Below, one piece after another: positions 1 through 12,719 of a stretch of DNA of 64,000 bases (positions are counted from its first letter, which is position 1; every line of letters begins with the position of its first letter). The stretch is from Octopus bimaculoides. Taxonomy: Eukaryota. The translations under genes and the position numbers were made by a program. The stretch spans positions 51,869,883 through 51,933,882 of the forward strand of contig NC_068996.1 in the NCBI RefSeq assembly GCF_001194135.2. Direction: 5' to 3'. The notes beneath the pieces were generated by a model that saw only the letters and a program-made list of their open reading frames with translations, was not told where the DNA came from and made no database searches.

Positions 1-39
1 TTAGAATTTGAATGCGTGTTTGAACTTCAGGTGGCTTCA

Positions 40-635
40 AGCAAAAAACCAAATCGGCGACCTGCTGTTTGGCAACGACAGTGTCCTCAGCGCTCCTTCC
101 AGAGGCTGATATGCTTGCGGTATAGTATTGACAAGTTCTCTAACGCTTGTAACAAAGTACAATCTGACGATGAGTAAGTACAAGGACCGAAATGTTGCAT
201 CAGCTTGTTCCAGGAAACACGAAACTGAACGGAACGTCTTCACCAACAAGCAACAACCAAATGTGGTGGATAAGTTCACCTACCTTGAGAGCAAACGCTC
301 CTGACCTGTTGTCGTTGTTGACAAAGTGACTGCTAGGCTCACGAAGGCTAGTACTGCCATTGGCAGCCACTACAAGAATGTGTGGAACAGACGAGAGATG
401 CCGCTTGAGAGATAAAGATCCAGATGTACCTGGCATTATTTCTTCTCATCATGCTGTTCTGTGACTGTGAAGCATGCAGTGCCTTACCAATGGTTTGGAA
501 GGTAAACTGAACCACTTCCATACCAACTACTTCAGAAAAACTTTTGACGTTAAGTAGCAAGACAGGATTCTTGATACAGAAATATCCTCTCATGCTGAAT
601 TACCTTGCTTATACATCCACATAATTCTGATGCAG
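40..635 (+). mobile_element. RTE-clade (BovB-like) LINE, decayed RT C-terminal fragment
   Basis: Manual + strand translation across frameshifts gives IGDLLF-DD-like, KFSNACNK, VVDKFTYL, TARLTKAS and QDRILDTEI, typical of RTE RT domains 5-7 and the thumb. The minus-strand ORFs in the track here are shadows. Confidence 0.8.
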
Positions 636-639
636 TGAA

Positions 640-1700
640 TTCATGAAAAGCAGGTTTACAACCCTCACACTTGATACTGAAAGTGGAATGACTGTCTTAA
701 ATGTTATAGACATTTCTAATAGAATATTCCAAAGTGACAGTCTTTCTCTGCTTCTTATTTTAGTCCTATATTTACTATTATTTCTTTTTCAAAAATCTAC
801 CAGTCATGTTCTAGGGTCTACAACAGCAAGAAACACTACTGTAACTCATAATTTCTCTTTTGGATGATCTAAAGATCTATGCTCAAAATGCTTACAAACA
901 CTGACAAACTGCTGGATTACAATCACAACCTTTTCAGCTGTTATAGGCTCGGAATTTGCCGCTTCCCTACCCAAATCCATATTTAAAATCTGCATATAGA
1001 AAAACTGTCCACAACCAATATTTTTGCATCAATGACACCCCTCTCTATCTGTGTCTCTCTTTTTATCTGTCTGTCTCCCTCTTCTCTCTCTCTCTCTGTC
1101 CCTTTCTCTCTTTTTTATTCTCTCTGTTTCTCTCTTCTGTCCCACACAATGAATGCTACAAATACCTACCAATGCATTGATGGAAATAATTCACACATAG
1201 GTATTGTGAACAACTATTGAGTAACCGAAGAATACTAGACTAAAAACACGATAGAACAGTCACAGCTTTCCTCTTACAATAGCACAAGATCCCACAATGC
1301 ATTTGTACTACCAGCACTGATACCAATATTTGGGATATAACCTATAGAGGAAACCCATTCCATCAACATAAAATCCCACAAAATCCTGACATGAACAATT
1401 TCCAGAGAAAGTGATGTTAACAGATTATCTCAGAAGAAAAGAGAGAGAGACATGGGCTTGAAATCAATTTAATCAGTATTTAAATGTCATGGTGTTACTC
1501 AGATGGTACCGGCTAAACAATAGCAACAAAAGTAAATACATCAACAGCAAGTTCCTGCAGACCAGTAGTAAATTCCTCAAGAAGCATTCATTTCCTGATG
1601 ATTTCCCATGTGAACCAGGAAGTGCAGGACCAACATACCTCAGCAAACACTTGGAACACTAACACTCTACAAAAGGCTGTGCATAAGAATATTTCCTGTA
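640..1700 (+). mobile_element. R4/Dong-type (restriction-like endonuclease) LINE, decayed RT fragment
   Basis: ORF 643-867 has RIFQSDSLSLLL (cf. RGIFQGDSLSPLLF), followed by LLDDLKIYA (cf. LFMDDLKLYA). Further on are KILTMNN, SDVNRL and RRKE..GL motifs. A CT-rich tract interrupts it at about 1030-1150. Confidence 0.75.
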
Positions 1701-1721
1701 AACTTGGAGAGGATGATAATA

Positions 1722-2378
1722 TTCTTTTTACTAATAGGCACATGGCCTGAAATTTCGTGGGAAGGGGGCTAGTTGATTATATCAACCCCAGTATACAACT
1801 GGTATTTATTTCATCAACACCAAAATAGTGAAAGGCAAAAATGATCTCAGTGGTATTTGAACTCAGAACGCAATGCTGGAATGGATACCACTTAGCATTT
1901 TGTCTTGCATAATAATGATTTTTGCCAGTTTACTGCCTTAAGGAAGAACAGTAATATTGGTTTTGAATTTTGGCACAAGGCCAGCAATCTCTGGGAAAGC
2001 TTAAATCAATTGCTTCGACCCCAGTGTTTCACTGGTACTTATTTTATCGACCCCAAAAGGATGAAAGACAAAGTTGACCACGGCGGAATTTGAACTCAGC
2101 AGCATTTTGTCTGGTGTGCTGACAATTCTGTCAGCTTGCCAACTTTATTGATGATAATATGGATTTCAAATTTTGGCGCAAGGCCAGCAATTTCAGGGGA
2201 GGGAATAAGTCAATTACATTGACTCCAATACACAACTGGTACTTAATTTATCAACCCCAAAATGATGAAACACAAAGTCAACTTCAGCAGAATTTGAACT
2301 CAGAACGTAAAGATGGAGGAAATGCTGCTAAGCATTTTGCATAATGTGCTCCTGATTCTGCCAGCTTTCCACCTTCGT
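1722..2378 (-). mobile_element. Three head-to-tail copies of a tRNA-derived SINE (Meta/MESC-like central domain)
   Basis: Three ~200-bp copies (about 1722-1940, 1955-2146, 2160-2378). On the minus strand each has a GAGTTCAAAT B-box and a CTTTCATCCTTT.GGGGT.GATAAA.TAAGTACCAG core. The superfamily assignment is from recalled consensus. Confidence 0.8.
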
Positions 2379-2559
2379 TGATGATAACATTAACCCGAAG
2401 TTAATATTACCTAATATAAATAATATTCTCTTGAACTTGTGACCACTACATCACATCATGTCTTGAACATTACACTTTTACAATCCAAGTGCAGGAGATA
2501 ACTGCAAGATATCTAATGAGGAATTAAGATGGTGACACTTTTGAATACCCAAAGTGCAT

Positions 2560-3480
2560 GTATTTACATCTTCAGCAAGACACCTGTCTCACTCCCTCTA
2601 TCATAGTTTCTTATCTCTCAATGTTACACCCCACTTAATTGAGGGTTCTTGTCCAGTGATAGTCACATGAAAAAAGCACCCAGTACATTATTTGAAGAGG
2701 CTGGATTTAGGAATGGCATCCAGCTATAGAAGGCATGCCAAACCAGGCATTGGAGCTTGGTACATCCTTCTGGCTTGTCCATGTTGAACCATCTAACCCA
2801 TGCTAGCATGGGGAAAGGGGACAGAAACACACCAACATCTCTCTCCTCCTTACTCTACCATCCCATCTATGCTCTGATCCTTGTTACTCGTGACTATACC
2901 CTAGTATTTCACCACCATCTCTCTCCTGTTGCCCTTGCACTTTTGCTGTTTCCTATTCTCTCTCTTTCTCTTTCCCTTGCTCTAATTTCTGACCAGGTAA
3001 CTAAGTATCTCCTTTACATCTGTTTCTGCCCTCTTTCTTGTACCCTCTCTCTCGCTCTCTTTCTCTCTACAAGACACCTGTTTCTGTCTCTCTGCCTCAC
3101 TCTAACCATTCATCATCTGACACAGATCACCTTCTCCAATGCCCCCCTCCACCCTCAAAAGATTTTTACTTTTCAAGTTACTTGGTGATCCTGTCGGTGC
3201 TGGTGCCACATAAAAAGCATGCAACCCACATAGTAAGGTGGCATTTCAAAGGGCATCCAGCTGTAAAAATATTGCCAAAACTGACCTCGCCTGTGTTTGT
3301 GCCATGTAAAAAGCACTGAGTCCACTCAGTGGAGTGGTTGGTGTTAGGAAAGGCATCCAGCTGTAGAAACCCTGCCAAAACAGATACACTAGCCTGGGGT
3401 TGTCTTCTACCTGGCTGTCCCCTGTCAACCATTCTACCTATGCATGCATGGAAGATGGATGTTAAACAATGATGATGATG
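2560..3480 (+). mobile_element. Two copies of a pyrimidine-rich non-coding body ending in the RTE-type 3' tail
   Basis: GCAAGACACCTG body motif, then AAAAAGCACCC, GGCATCCAGCT, CCATGC..GCATGG and the end of the tail. The second copy ends in (GAT)n at about 3470. Confidence 0.75.
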
Positions 3481-3509
3481 ATGTGTGTGTATATATATGT
3501 GTGTGTATA

Positions 3510-3600
<91 letters not shown>

Positions 3601-3782
3601 CAAAATAAGCAACAAGGATTTCCAGAGGTACGATCGTTTCAAGCAACTCCATTTAATTGAACAAATCCTCAACTGCATAAAGACAGAATTTAATTAAATT
3701 AAAACAGATGGACACGTTAGTATAATTTTGCCTAAAATCTCCAAGAAGGTAAGGAGATAGACAGAGAACAGACTGTCTTCAC

Positions 3783-3829
<47 letters not shown>

Positions 3830-3990
3830 TTGTTTACATATAATATACATGTGTATATATATAATATATATATAGAGAGGGAGAGAAAGAGAGAGCGATA
3901 GTTGAAATTTATAGAAAAACAAAAGACAAAGACAGGTGTATGAACAACAAGCAGGTGTATTAGTTTGACGCCCGGGGAAAATGAAAAAGT

Positions 3991-4026
3991 CTTTTACGTT
4001 TTGAGCCTATGCTCTTCAACAGAAAG
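3991..4026 (-). ncRNA. Degenerate minimal type I hammerhead ribozyme in a Penelope-type repeat
   Basis: Minus strand reads CTTT-CTGTTGA-A-GAGC(atag)GCTC-AAAA-CGTA-AAAG. Stem I (CTTT/AAAG) and stem II (GAGC/GCTC) are intact; there are two core substitutions versus CUGAUGA/GAAA. Confidence 0.6.
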
Positions 4027-4734
4027 GAATAAGAGAAAATAAACAGAGAAAGAGTGAAAAAAAACTTGTAGCATATATGTATGTATGTATGTATATATGT
4101 GTGTATGTAGTCACTATGAGGATATTTAGATCTCTTATAGGGAATATTTTTATCCAAGATACACTGGTTTAATATATTGTTTTTTGAAGAGATATTTCTC
4201 GAATGAATATATTATGTAAAATATCATAAAATATAAAATGTACGTATGTATGTATGTATATAATTTTAGGAGAAGATGAACCTCTTCAATCATTTCCACT
4301 CATATACAAACAAACATAAGTAAATGTATAAGTTATTTTCATAAAGAAATAATAAATCTTAATAGTGATTTAGAAGGGGCAACTGAAAGAACTGTTCTTA
4401 ACCTCTCTGCATTGACACTGCTAAAGAATGTTGGTTTATAATTGCTTACATCAAGAATATTTTAAGGCATCCTTTACATTTTTTTTTATTTACAATACAA
4501 TTATGAAAATAACGAAATACCATAGCATTTTTATGGTAACATTAGTGACATGTGATATTCCACTGCATTCATTAAGTTCTCTGCTAGATGTCAGAAATAG
4601 TTTACTGTCAACTATCTATAGAAGTAGGCCTTTGGTAGCTGCTATGCATCATTTCACTCGAAGTACACTTCCATTTGTGTTTTACACAACCAGCCTGTAC
4701 ATGTGAGCTGTGTTTACATAATCTATAATATACA

Positions 4735-4900
4735 TCTGTCTGTCTGTCTGTTTGCCTGCCTACTTTCCTGCCTGCTTGCCTGTCTGCCAGCCAGCCAGCC
4801 AGCCTGCCTGCTTGCCTGCCTGCCTGCCTGCTTGCCTGCCTGCCTGCCTGCCTGCCTGTCTGCCTGCCCACATGCCCGCCTGCCTACATGCCACCTTTCT
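4735..4900. repeat. Compound (GTCT)/(GCCT)/(GCCA)n tetranucleotide microsatellite
   Basis: Directly visible. It explains the ACLP and QAGR ORFs in the track. Confidence 0.95.
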
Positions 4901-5013
4901 TGCCTGCTTGTTCATACTATTTCACTCACCAATATTGAACATCTTTCTCTTTATTGCATTTTACACAAATATTAAACTTATATCCAGAATACCAGTGTGT
5001 GTATGTGTGTGTT

Positions 5014-5077
<64 letters not shown>

Positions 5078-5471
5078 CATGTATTTGAATGTATATGTGT
5101 GTATATGAATGTATATGTGTGTATATGAATGTATGTATAAGCAGCTCTGTTACACGTACTTAACATAGATGTGTTGCTAAAACTCCAGGAGTTGTGGGTC
5201 TTTTTGTCCAGAAAAAAATCCCTTTCAAGACGTATAGTATTAAAAATATATTATACTTCAGAGATAGGTGAAAGAGAATCCCCTCCCCCAAGAAGTGATT
5301 ATGAGAGCAGTAGATATGGTGTTTCACCAAATTAGTGGCTTATCATGCCACACACTTGCCTCAGTTCCAAAAGAAAATCAGGATCACTTGTCTGATAGTG
5401 TTTAAATTATTCCCTGATTTGCAAAGAGATTGCATAAGGAGGATAAATTCTATGCAATTGATGCAGCTCTA

Positions 5472-6366
5472 TATGGTAGTATCAAAAAGTTCTCAGACTA
5501 GTTCTGTAGCGCACCACCAGATGGCAGTACATGGCTGCATGCACATTGAAAGCTAGCATTGACCATCATGAGGCAGTGTGCCAAGTGACACCATGGTGTT
5601 TATTTCACAAGTGAAATTTGTATTTTCATGATCATGTGTAAGCTGTAGTCTGTGATTTTTGTCAAAAACAGGAACAAAAAACCAATGTGAAATTTTGTGT
5701 TAAACTTGGGAACTCTGCTACAGAGATGCTGAGCATGCTTTGGCAAGCTTACAGAGATCAGGCAATGGGTTGTATGCAATGTTTTGAGTAGCACGGACAC
5801 TTCAAAAGTGGAAGAATGTCCCTGGAAGACCTGCCATGATCATCACTCCTGGAAATGTGCTATTGTGCATCAAGACTCCCCGCCCCCTGAGTCAGACCAT
5901 TAATCAAGAGTTCTACTGCAACATTTTGAAGCATTTGAGGAAGGACATTTGGCGAAGGTGACCAGATCTGTGGAACACAAAGAATTGGATTCTTCATGAT
6001 GACAATGTACCTGGTTACCAAACTCTCTTCACTCGTGAGTTTCCCACCAAAAAACAACATCGCTTCTGCACCCACCCTTTTCACCAGATTTAGCACCTAC
6101 AGACTTCCATCTCTTCTTCAAGATGAAAATGCAGCTCAAAAGTCACCATTTTAACACCATTGTCAAGATCAAGAGTGAATCACAGAAGGTCCTCAAATTA
6201 CTTACAGAAAACAACTTCCAGGCCAGATTCCAAAAGTGGTAGGAATGCTGGGACCAGTGTATTGCTGTGCGAGGTAACTATTTTGAACAGGATGGCATTA
6301 AAACTTAAGTAAATAAGTTTTTTTTTATAAACATAACTAATCCAGGAACTTTTTGATGCCACCTCG
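5472..6366 (+). mobile_element. mariner-type DNA transposon, internally deleted, both TIRs present
   Basis: Imperfect ~32-bp TIRs: TATGGTAGTATCAAAAAGTTCTCAGACTAGTT versus the reverse complement of the right end, CGAGGTGGCATCAAAAAGTTCCTGGATTAGTT. TA flanks at 5470-71 and 6367-68. Transposase remnants HFKSGRMSLED, WILHDDN and HPPFSPDLAPTDF. Confidence 0.9.
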
Positions 6367-6429
6367 TAGTAAACATATATATGTGCATGTGTGTGTGCTC
6401 CACTTGTTGGTTTTCTTCCTATGTTGATA

Positions 6430-6770
6430 AGAAGAAAACCACATACTTAGCTAGCCATACCTTGAACCTGAAGGCCAACAGTACCACACACACAATCAAG
6501 TGGAGTATTGTAGAACAAATCCACGCCATACATTAATGAGTTGAGGAGGTGCAACCTCTGTATATTTGAAAGAATGCATGTCTTTTTTAAATATAAAAAC
6601 TCTACCAACCTACTTTATTCTAGATCCAAAATTTTCACTAAATATAAGTATCTGGATAAGTTTCTATTATCAAACTGGAAAACACCACTCTCTCTAGGTC
6701 AAGCATGCAATCTTACTATCTTAAACCTTTTCCCACTGAATTAATTATATCAAACATTGTTAATTCCTAT
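6430..6770 (+). mobile_element. Penelope-like element, C-terminal part of the GIY-YIG endonuclease
   Basis: IKWSIVEQ...RRCNLCIFERMH...SRSKIF matches the PLE endonuclease C-terminus (IKW.I...Y....RCNLC..EK). Confidence 0.7.
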
Positions 6771-6899
6771 TTAGGTGGGTCAAAGGACACAACTATTGTT
6801 GCCGTTTCCTCCATGCTTTTTTTCCTTATTCCCTTTTTTGATTTACTTTTGCCTCTCCTTCTTTCTTCTTTCACTTTTTCTTAGAGAGAAGCCATGTTG

Positions 6900-7270
6900 T
6901 ATTTTGAGTGAATCACCAGCCATCTTGGTCCTTTGTCATCTCATCTGTAAGAATTAGTATCTTTCTTCAATACTCTGTCCCATGTCTTCCTGGGTCTCTC
7001 TCTTCAACAAGTTCCATCCAGTTTAAGCAACCAGCCTTTCTTTATGCAACTGTTGTCATCCATCTGCATCACATATCCAAATCAGTGCAGTCTTCTCTCC
7101 TCACACTACATCTGATTCCTCTTATACCCAATTTTTCTCTCGTTTCTCTAGCATTTTGGCATTCATGCAGACTGACATCGCACATTTAGTGGAAAATGCT
7201 ATCTTCATTCCTTTCTAGTCTTGCATGTCCTCTGCATTCAGGGCTCATGCCTCACACTTCCCACTTTGTT
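6900..7270 (-). mobile_element. RTE LINE ORF2 C-terminal fragment
   Basis: Minus-strand LERNE and EKLGIRGIRCSV motifs, homologous to the other RTE copies in the window. Confidence 0.75.
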
Positions 7271-7817
7271 CATCACTATATTCACCTTCACCTTCGACTC
7301 TAGCCTTCTGTTACTTCCCCTCACACTCTTATGAACCTACCACATCTCCCCCACTGTCTACATCCATTTTTATACTCGCCTTCTTGTATCTTGAAATAGT
7401 CTGGCATCTCATTACCACCATCTCCACCTTCTTTTCAGTTGGTTAGCCATGTATCTCTTCTATAGCAAGACACCTTGCTATAGATATCTTGTGCTTTTTG
7501 CCTCTGAACACTTGGCACAAAATCATCAGCCACACCCTCTTAAATACTCCACTTTCATTTAATTGAGGGGCTTTGTTCTTTTACTTGTTCTCTTGTATCT
7601 CTATTTATCTGGTGATCCTACTGGTTCCAGTGCCATGTAAAAAGCACCCAGTCCGTGCTATAAAATGGTTTGTGTTAAGAAAGGCATCCAACCAAAGAAA
7701 CCATGCCAAAACGGACATGGAATCTGGGCAGCTCTACAGCTGGCCAGCTCCTGTTAAACTGTCCAACCCATGCCAGCATGGAAAACAGATGTTAAATGAT
7801 GATGATGATGATGATGA

Positions 7818-7820
<3 letters not shown>
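7270..7820 (+). mobile_element. Pyrimidine-rich body plus RTE-type tail with (GAT)n
   Basis: TAGCCATGTATCTCTTC..GCAAGACACC body motif, shared tail, and (GAT)n abutting (TA)n. Confidence 0.75.
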
Positions 7821-7850
<30 letters not shown>

Positions 7851-7917
7851 GAGGTATTCTGAGAAACTTGTCAGAGAAATGCTCATCATATTAGAAGAAA
7901 ATTGCAAGAGGTACATA

Positions 7918-9135
7918 CAGGGGTTGGATAAAATAATGGAAACACCTTAAAATTTCAAACAAATTTATTTTAATATGGGGTAGGACCACCTTTTGGCAGT
8001 AATTACAGCTTGAATTCTATGAGGTATGGACTCGTACAAAGTTTGAATTGTTTCCAAAGGAATTTTTGTCCATTCTTCAGCTAAAACAATCTCCAGTTCT
8101 TGTAGTGATGATGGTGGAGGATATCGACTCCTTATTTATTTTTCTAAAATGCACCATAAATGTTCAATAATATTGAGATTAGGGGACTGTGGTGGCCAGA
8201 TAAGATGTTCAACTTCACTAGAATGTTCCTCGTACCATTCAGTAACAACTTTAGCTGTGTGAATTGGTTCATTATCATCCTGAAAGATTGCGTTTCCCTC
8301 TTGACTATTAATTCTGTCATGAAGGAAAACCATTGGGCCAGTGGATTTCTAAGATATAGCCCTCCAGATCATCACAGATTCTCCTCCATGTTTAACAGTT
8401 GGAAGAAGGTTGTCTGGATCAAATGCTTCTTTTGGCTGTCTCCACACATATACTCGGCCGATGGTCAGAAATAAGGTAAAGGATGGCTCGACCGAGAAAA
8501 TAACATTCTTCCACTGCTCTAGGGACCACTTCTGTAGGTTTTTACTCCACTCTAAAGGCTTGCAATGTTTGTTTTTGAAAGTAGTGGTTTTCTGATTGCA
8601 GCCCTCCCGTGAAATCCAGCTTTGTGCAGCTCCTGGTGAACAGTTTTTGTGGAAACTGGGTTCTCGAGGTGGTCATTAAGCTCTGCAGTAATTTTGGGAG
8701 CTGTACTTTTGTGATCCTTTCTAACAATTTGTGTAAGAGTCCGATGATTCCTATCTGAAAAATTTGGTTTTCTTCTGGAGTTTTGTTTTGACGAGGAGGT
8801 TTTGTTCTCTTTCTCAAAGGTACTTTTCCCTCTTTCAAGAAGGTACTTTTTGATACACCAAACATTTTGGCTGCTTTCGTTACATTAGCGCCTGCCATAC
8901 AAGCACCAACAATTTGATGTCTCTGAAAGTCCAATAGATCTGTCATTTTAATGAATTTTAATTACCTTTTTCTCATGATATTTGAAAAGAAACAGCAATT
9001 TTAGCCAAACATATTAAGCAACACTAACAATAAATCAAAAAACATAAAAATAAACAAGCTTTTGACGGTTTTATAGATATTTCAAAATTATGATGCTATG
9101 ATGCTAGGTGTTTCCATTATTTTGTCCAACCCCGG
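7918..9135 (-). mobile_element. Full-length Tc1-family DNA transposon, DD36E spacing, inactive (1218 bp)
   Basis: 30-bp TIRs CAGGGGTTGGATAAAATAATGGAAACACCT (7918-7947) and 9106-9135 differ at 2 positions. TA TSD at 7916-17 and 9136-37. The N-terminal HTH (MTDLLDFQRHQIVG) is in ORF 8542-8946 and the catalytic region FQDDNEPIH...WPPQSPNLNIIEHLW is in ORF 8136-8333. It is frameshifted and the first Asp is mutated (IFSVE). Confidence 0.95.
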
Positions 9136-9569
9136 TAACCTTTGAGCAAGAGAATACCAGCAACATTGACAAGAATAGTAATCTTTCCTGGATCTGCAAT
9201 TAAACTCATCACATCTCACTAAGAAGACTATGTCATTGTTATCCAGGGACAGGAGATAACTATTAAATATCTGATTAATAGAGAGATAAGGATACCTTTA
9301 GACTTCCAAGTTCTGAAAGAAAATGTTGGTTGTGCCAGTGTGGATGATATTATCCAGAATCATCCAAAAATGTCCACAAGGCACTATCTTCTCATGTAAT
9401 AACATTATTGGTAAAACCATTACTATGTTATCCACTAGAAGGTTTATCCTAAAAGCCATATCAATGGTAGAACAGAATAAAAATATATCCATCACTTAAA
9501 AAATAAGGAATAATTGAGGAACAGTTCAATAAAAACAGTAATTTGAGGCAATCACAATTGGGTTGATAT

Positions 9570-9786
9570 TCTTTACTACTCTAGGAACAAGGCCTGAAAT
9601 TTTGGGGGAGGGGTCCAGATGATTAGATCAACCCCAGTACACAACTGGTACTTAATTTATCGACCCCGAAAGGATGAAAGGCAAAGTCGACCTTAGCAGT
9701 ATTTGAACTCAGAACATATAGACAGACAAAATACCACTAAGCATTTTTCCCAGTGTGCTGATGTTTCAGCCAGCTCACTGCCTTAC
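9570..9786 (-). mobile_element. tRNA-derived SINE (Meta/MESC-like family)
   Basis: Same family as 1722-2378, well preserved. Confidence 0.85.
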
Positions 9787-9969
9787 AATTGAGGTAATAT
9801 TGTTTGTTTTATGGGAGAGAAAGAGAATAAAACTCATGAAGAACTTAGATACCAGAAGTGAGTGTCTTCTCTAAAATTGGATAAAATAAGAACATTTGAG
9901 GTGACTTAATGAGGAACTTACTGCTCTTAAATCAAGGCTGAAGATTTTCATTCATATCTATTATTGTAA

Positions 9970-10335
9970 GTGGAGGTGCAATGGCCCAGTGGTTAGGGCA
10001 GCGGACTCACGGTCATAGGATCGCGGTTTCGATTCCCAGACTGGGCATTGTGAGTGTTTATTGAGCGAAAACACCTAAAGTTCCACGAGGCTCCGGCAGG
10101 GGATGGTGACGATCCCTGCTGTACTCTTTCACCACAACTTTCTCTCACTCTTACTTCCTGTTTCTGTTGTGCCTGTAATTCAAAGGGTCAGCCTTGTCAC
10201 ACTGTGTCACGCTGAATATCCCCAAGAACTACATTAAGGGTACACATGTCTGTGGAGTGCTCAGCCACTTGCATGTTAATTTCACGAGCAGGCTGTTCCG
10301 TTGATCGGATCAACTGGAACCCTCGACGGAGTACC
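9970..10335 (+). mobile_element. tRNA-derived SINE, second family
   Basis: A-box TGGCCCAGTGG (9982-9992) and B-box GGTTTCGATTCC (10025-10036). A near-identical inverted partial copy lies at 44655-44998. Confidence 0.9.
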
Positions 10336-11211
10336 AACACACACACATTATTGTAAGTATTGGGTTGTATCACAACTGTTTGTATAAAGACCTCATAAAG
10401 CTGGAGTTCTCCAAGAAAAAGAACAATGTAAATTGATTTGCATCCTCCAAATATGATTAGTGGTGCAGTGAAGATTTGTAAAACATTCCAGGGATTCTCC
10501 TTTTGAGTTTCCTGAAATATATGTGCACATAGCATGGACAAACTCACATTTGTAAGCAGTAATGGATTGGATTGCCCATGTTCAGTGCATCGAAGGACAA
10601 AGGCCTCAGCATGTTCTCTTCACTAACCACAGTCCTGGATTGGAGGCTTGAGATGATACTGAATGAGCACTTGCATAAGGACATGCACTTAGATATTTGC
10701 ACACATTTATTCATTCACGTATTCACCAATCCCAGGAATTGTCTTCACACAAACAAAAGAGCCTTATCATTTTGTGGCCCCTGTAGCTATATGCCTTAAC
10801 TTGGTATATGTCTGATGTAACTGGCTGTAGTGGGTGTGGTGAAATGGGATGCTATTGTGACATACAGTGTGTCTTTGGAATTTTTAAAATTAGCAAAACC
10901 CATTCCTCTACAGAACTGGCAGAAAACTGATTTCTCCCTAAGAGAGAGAAGGAGGGTGAGAGAAGGGGGGACAAAGAGAGAGAGGGGGGGGGGAAATTGA
11001 CCTTTGTGACATTTATCATACTCAGGTGGCAGAAAGCCAAAATGAATACTGCAAGGTAATCAATGCGATGTTCTAACAATTACTAATTGGCAAGCTTATT
11101 ACTTATTTTCATCTTTACATTTACACATGCTTGCATCTCTCAATCTATTCAACCAGATGACCAGTCAAGCCAACCATATATACATACATGCAAGCATGCA
11201 AACATGTCTGC

Positions 11212-11254
<43 letters not shown>

Positions 11255-11873
11255 NNNNNNNNNNNNNNNNNNNNNNNNNNNNNNNNNNNNNNNNNNNNNN
11301 NNNNNNNNNNNNNNNNNNNNNNNNNNNNNNNNNNNNNNNNNNNNNNNNNNNNNNNNNNNNNNNNNNNNNNNNNNNNNNNNNNNNNNNNNNNNNNNNNNNN
11401 NNNNNNNNNNNNNNNNNNNNNNNNNNNNNNNNNNNNNNNNNNNNNNNNNNNNNNNNNNNNNNNNNNNNNNNNNNNNNNNNNNNNNNNNNNNNNNNNNNNN
11501 NNNNNNNNNNNNNNNNNNNNNNNNNNNNNNNNNNNNNNNNNNNNNNNNNNNNNNNNNNNNNNNNNNNNNNNNNNNNNNNNNNNNNNNNNNNNNNNNNNNN
11601 NNNNNNNNNNNNNNNNNNNNNNNNNNNNNNNNNNNNNNNNNNNNNNNNNNNNNNNNNNNNNNNNNNNNNNNNNNNNNNNNNNNNNNNNNNNNNNNNNNNN
11701 NNNNNNNNNNNNNNNNNNNNNNNNNNNNNNNNNNNNNNNNNNNNNNNNNNNNNNNNNNNNNNNNNNNNNNNNNNNNNNNNNNNNNNNNNNNNNNNNNNNN
11801 NNNNNNNNNNNNNNNNNNNNNNNNNNNNNNNNNNNNNNNNNNNNNNNNNNNNNNNNNNNNNNNNNNNNNNNNN
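11255..11873. other. Assembly gap. Other gaps: 17484-17799, 26282-26494, 31686-31764, 34444-35195, 41325-41334, 44999-45314, 54077-54261, 58125-58134
   Basis: Runs of N, mostly flanked by microsatellites. Confidence 0.99.
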
Positions 11874-12232
11874 CTAATGTTCGAAGGTCTTGCCTCACCA
11901 CCTCAGCCCAGGTCTTCCTGGGCCTACCTCTTCCACGGGTTCCCTCAACTGTTAGGGTGTGGCACTTTTTCACGCAGCTATCCTCCTCCATTCTCACCAC
12001 ATGTCCATACCAGCGCAATCGTCTCTCTTGCACGCCACAACTGATGCTTCTAATGTTCAGCTTTTCTCTCAAGATACTTACACTCTGACGGGTATTCACA
12101 TTGACATTACACATCCAACGGAGCATACTGGCTTCATTCCTTGCGAGCTTACGTATGTCCTCAGCAGTTACAGCCCATGTTTCACTGCCATGTAGCATGG
12201 CTGTTCGTACACATGCTTCATATAGTCTGCCA
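11874..12232 (-). mobile_element. RTE LINE ORF2 C-terminal fragment running into an assembly gap
   Basis: GRLYEACVRTAMLHGSETW...ERRLRWYGHV...GRGRPRKTW in ORF 11149-12360. Confidence 0.9.
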
Positions 12233-12469
12233 TTATAAATATAGTTTTGATTACAGAGGACCCCTAAATAAGCTAGGTGTATTAAAATGAAGTATGCTGT
12301 AGATTGGCTAGACAGAATGACACAAGCCAGATAGTTAATTAATCCATTACCATAGTACAAAATGCAGTGGTGATATGTATGTGTGTGGGGTTATAAACAC
12401 ACACACACATACATATGTATATATACATATATATATACACATACATACATATATAGTACGTGTGTGCGT

Positions 12470-12685
12470 GTGTGCACCAAAGCATGCCTCGCTAGTGCTG
12501 GTGCCACATAAAAAGCACCCAGCCCACTCTGTAAAGTGGTTGATTTTTAGGAAGAGCATCCAACAGTAGAAACCATGCCAAAGTAGACAGTGGATCTTGG
12601 TGCAGTCCTCTATCTTGCCAGCTTCTGTCAAACCCATACCAGTATGGAAAATGGATGTTAAGTGATGATGAGATGATGATGATGA
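12470..12685 (+). mobile_element. RTE-type 3' tail copy with (GAT)n
   Basis: GTGCCACATAAAAAGCACCC...GCATCC...GATGTTAAG(TGA)n. Confidence 0.8.
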
Positions 12686-12719
12686 AGGTATATATATATA
12701 TATATATATATATACATAG

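Noticed and set aside
5160-5420. Protein-like open frames (VKENPLPQEVIMRAVDMVFHQISG...)
   Set aside because: No recognisable family and no consistent splice pair; left unassigned.
9970-10040. Possible tRNA gene
   Set aside because: The A and B boxes are followed by a SINE body repeated at 44655-44998, and no acceptor-stem closure is seen.
11087-12360. Long ORFs of 229-403 aa (also 34195-35248, 44899-45397, 53888-54340)
   Set aside because: Their length comes from N runs; only the RTE or R4 portions are real coding remnants.
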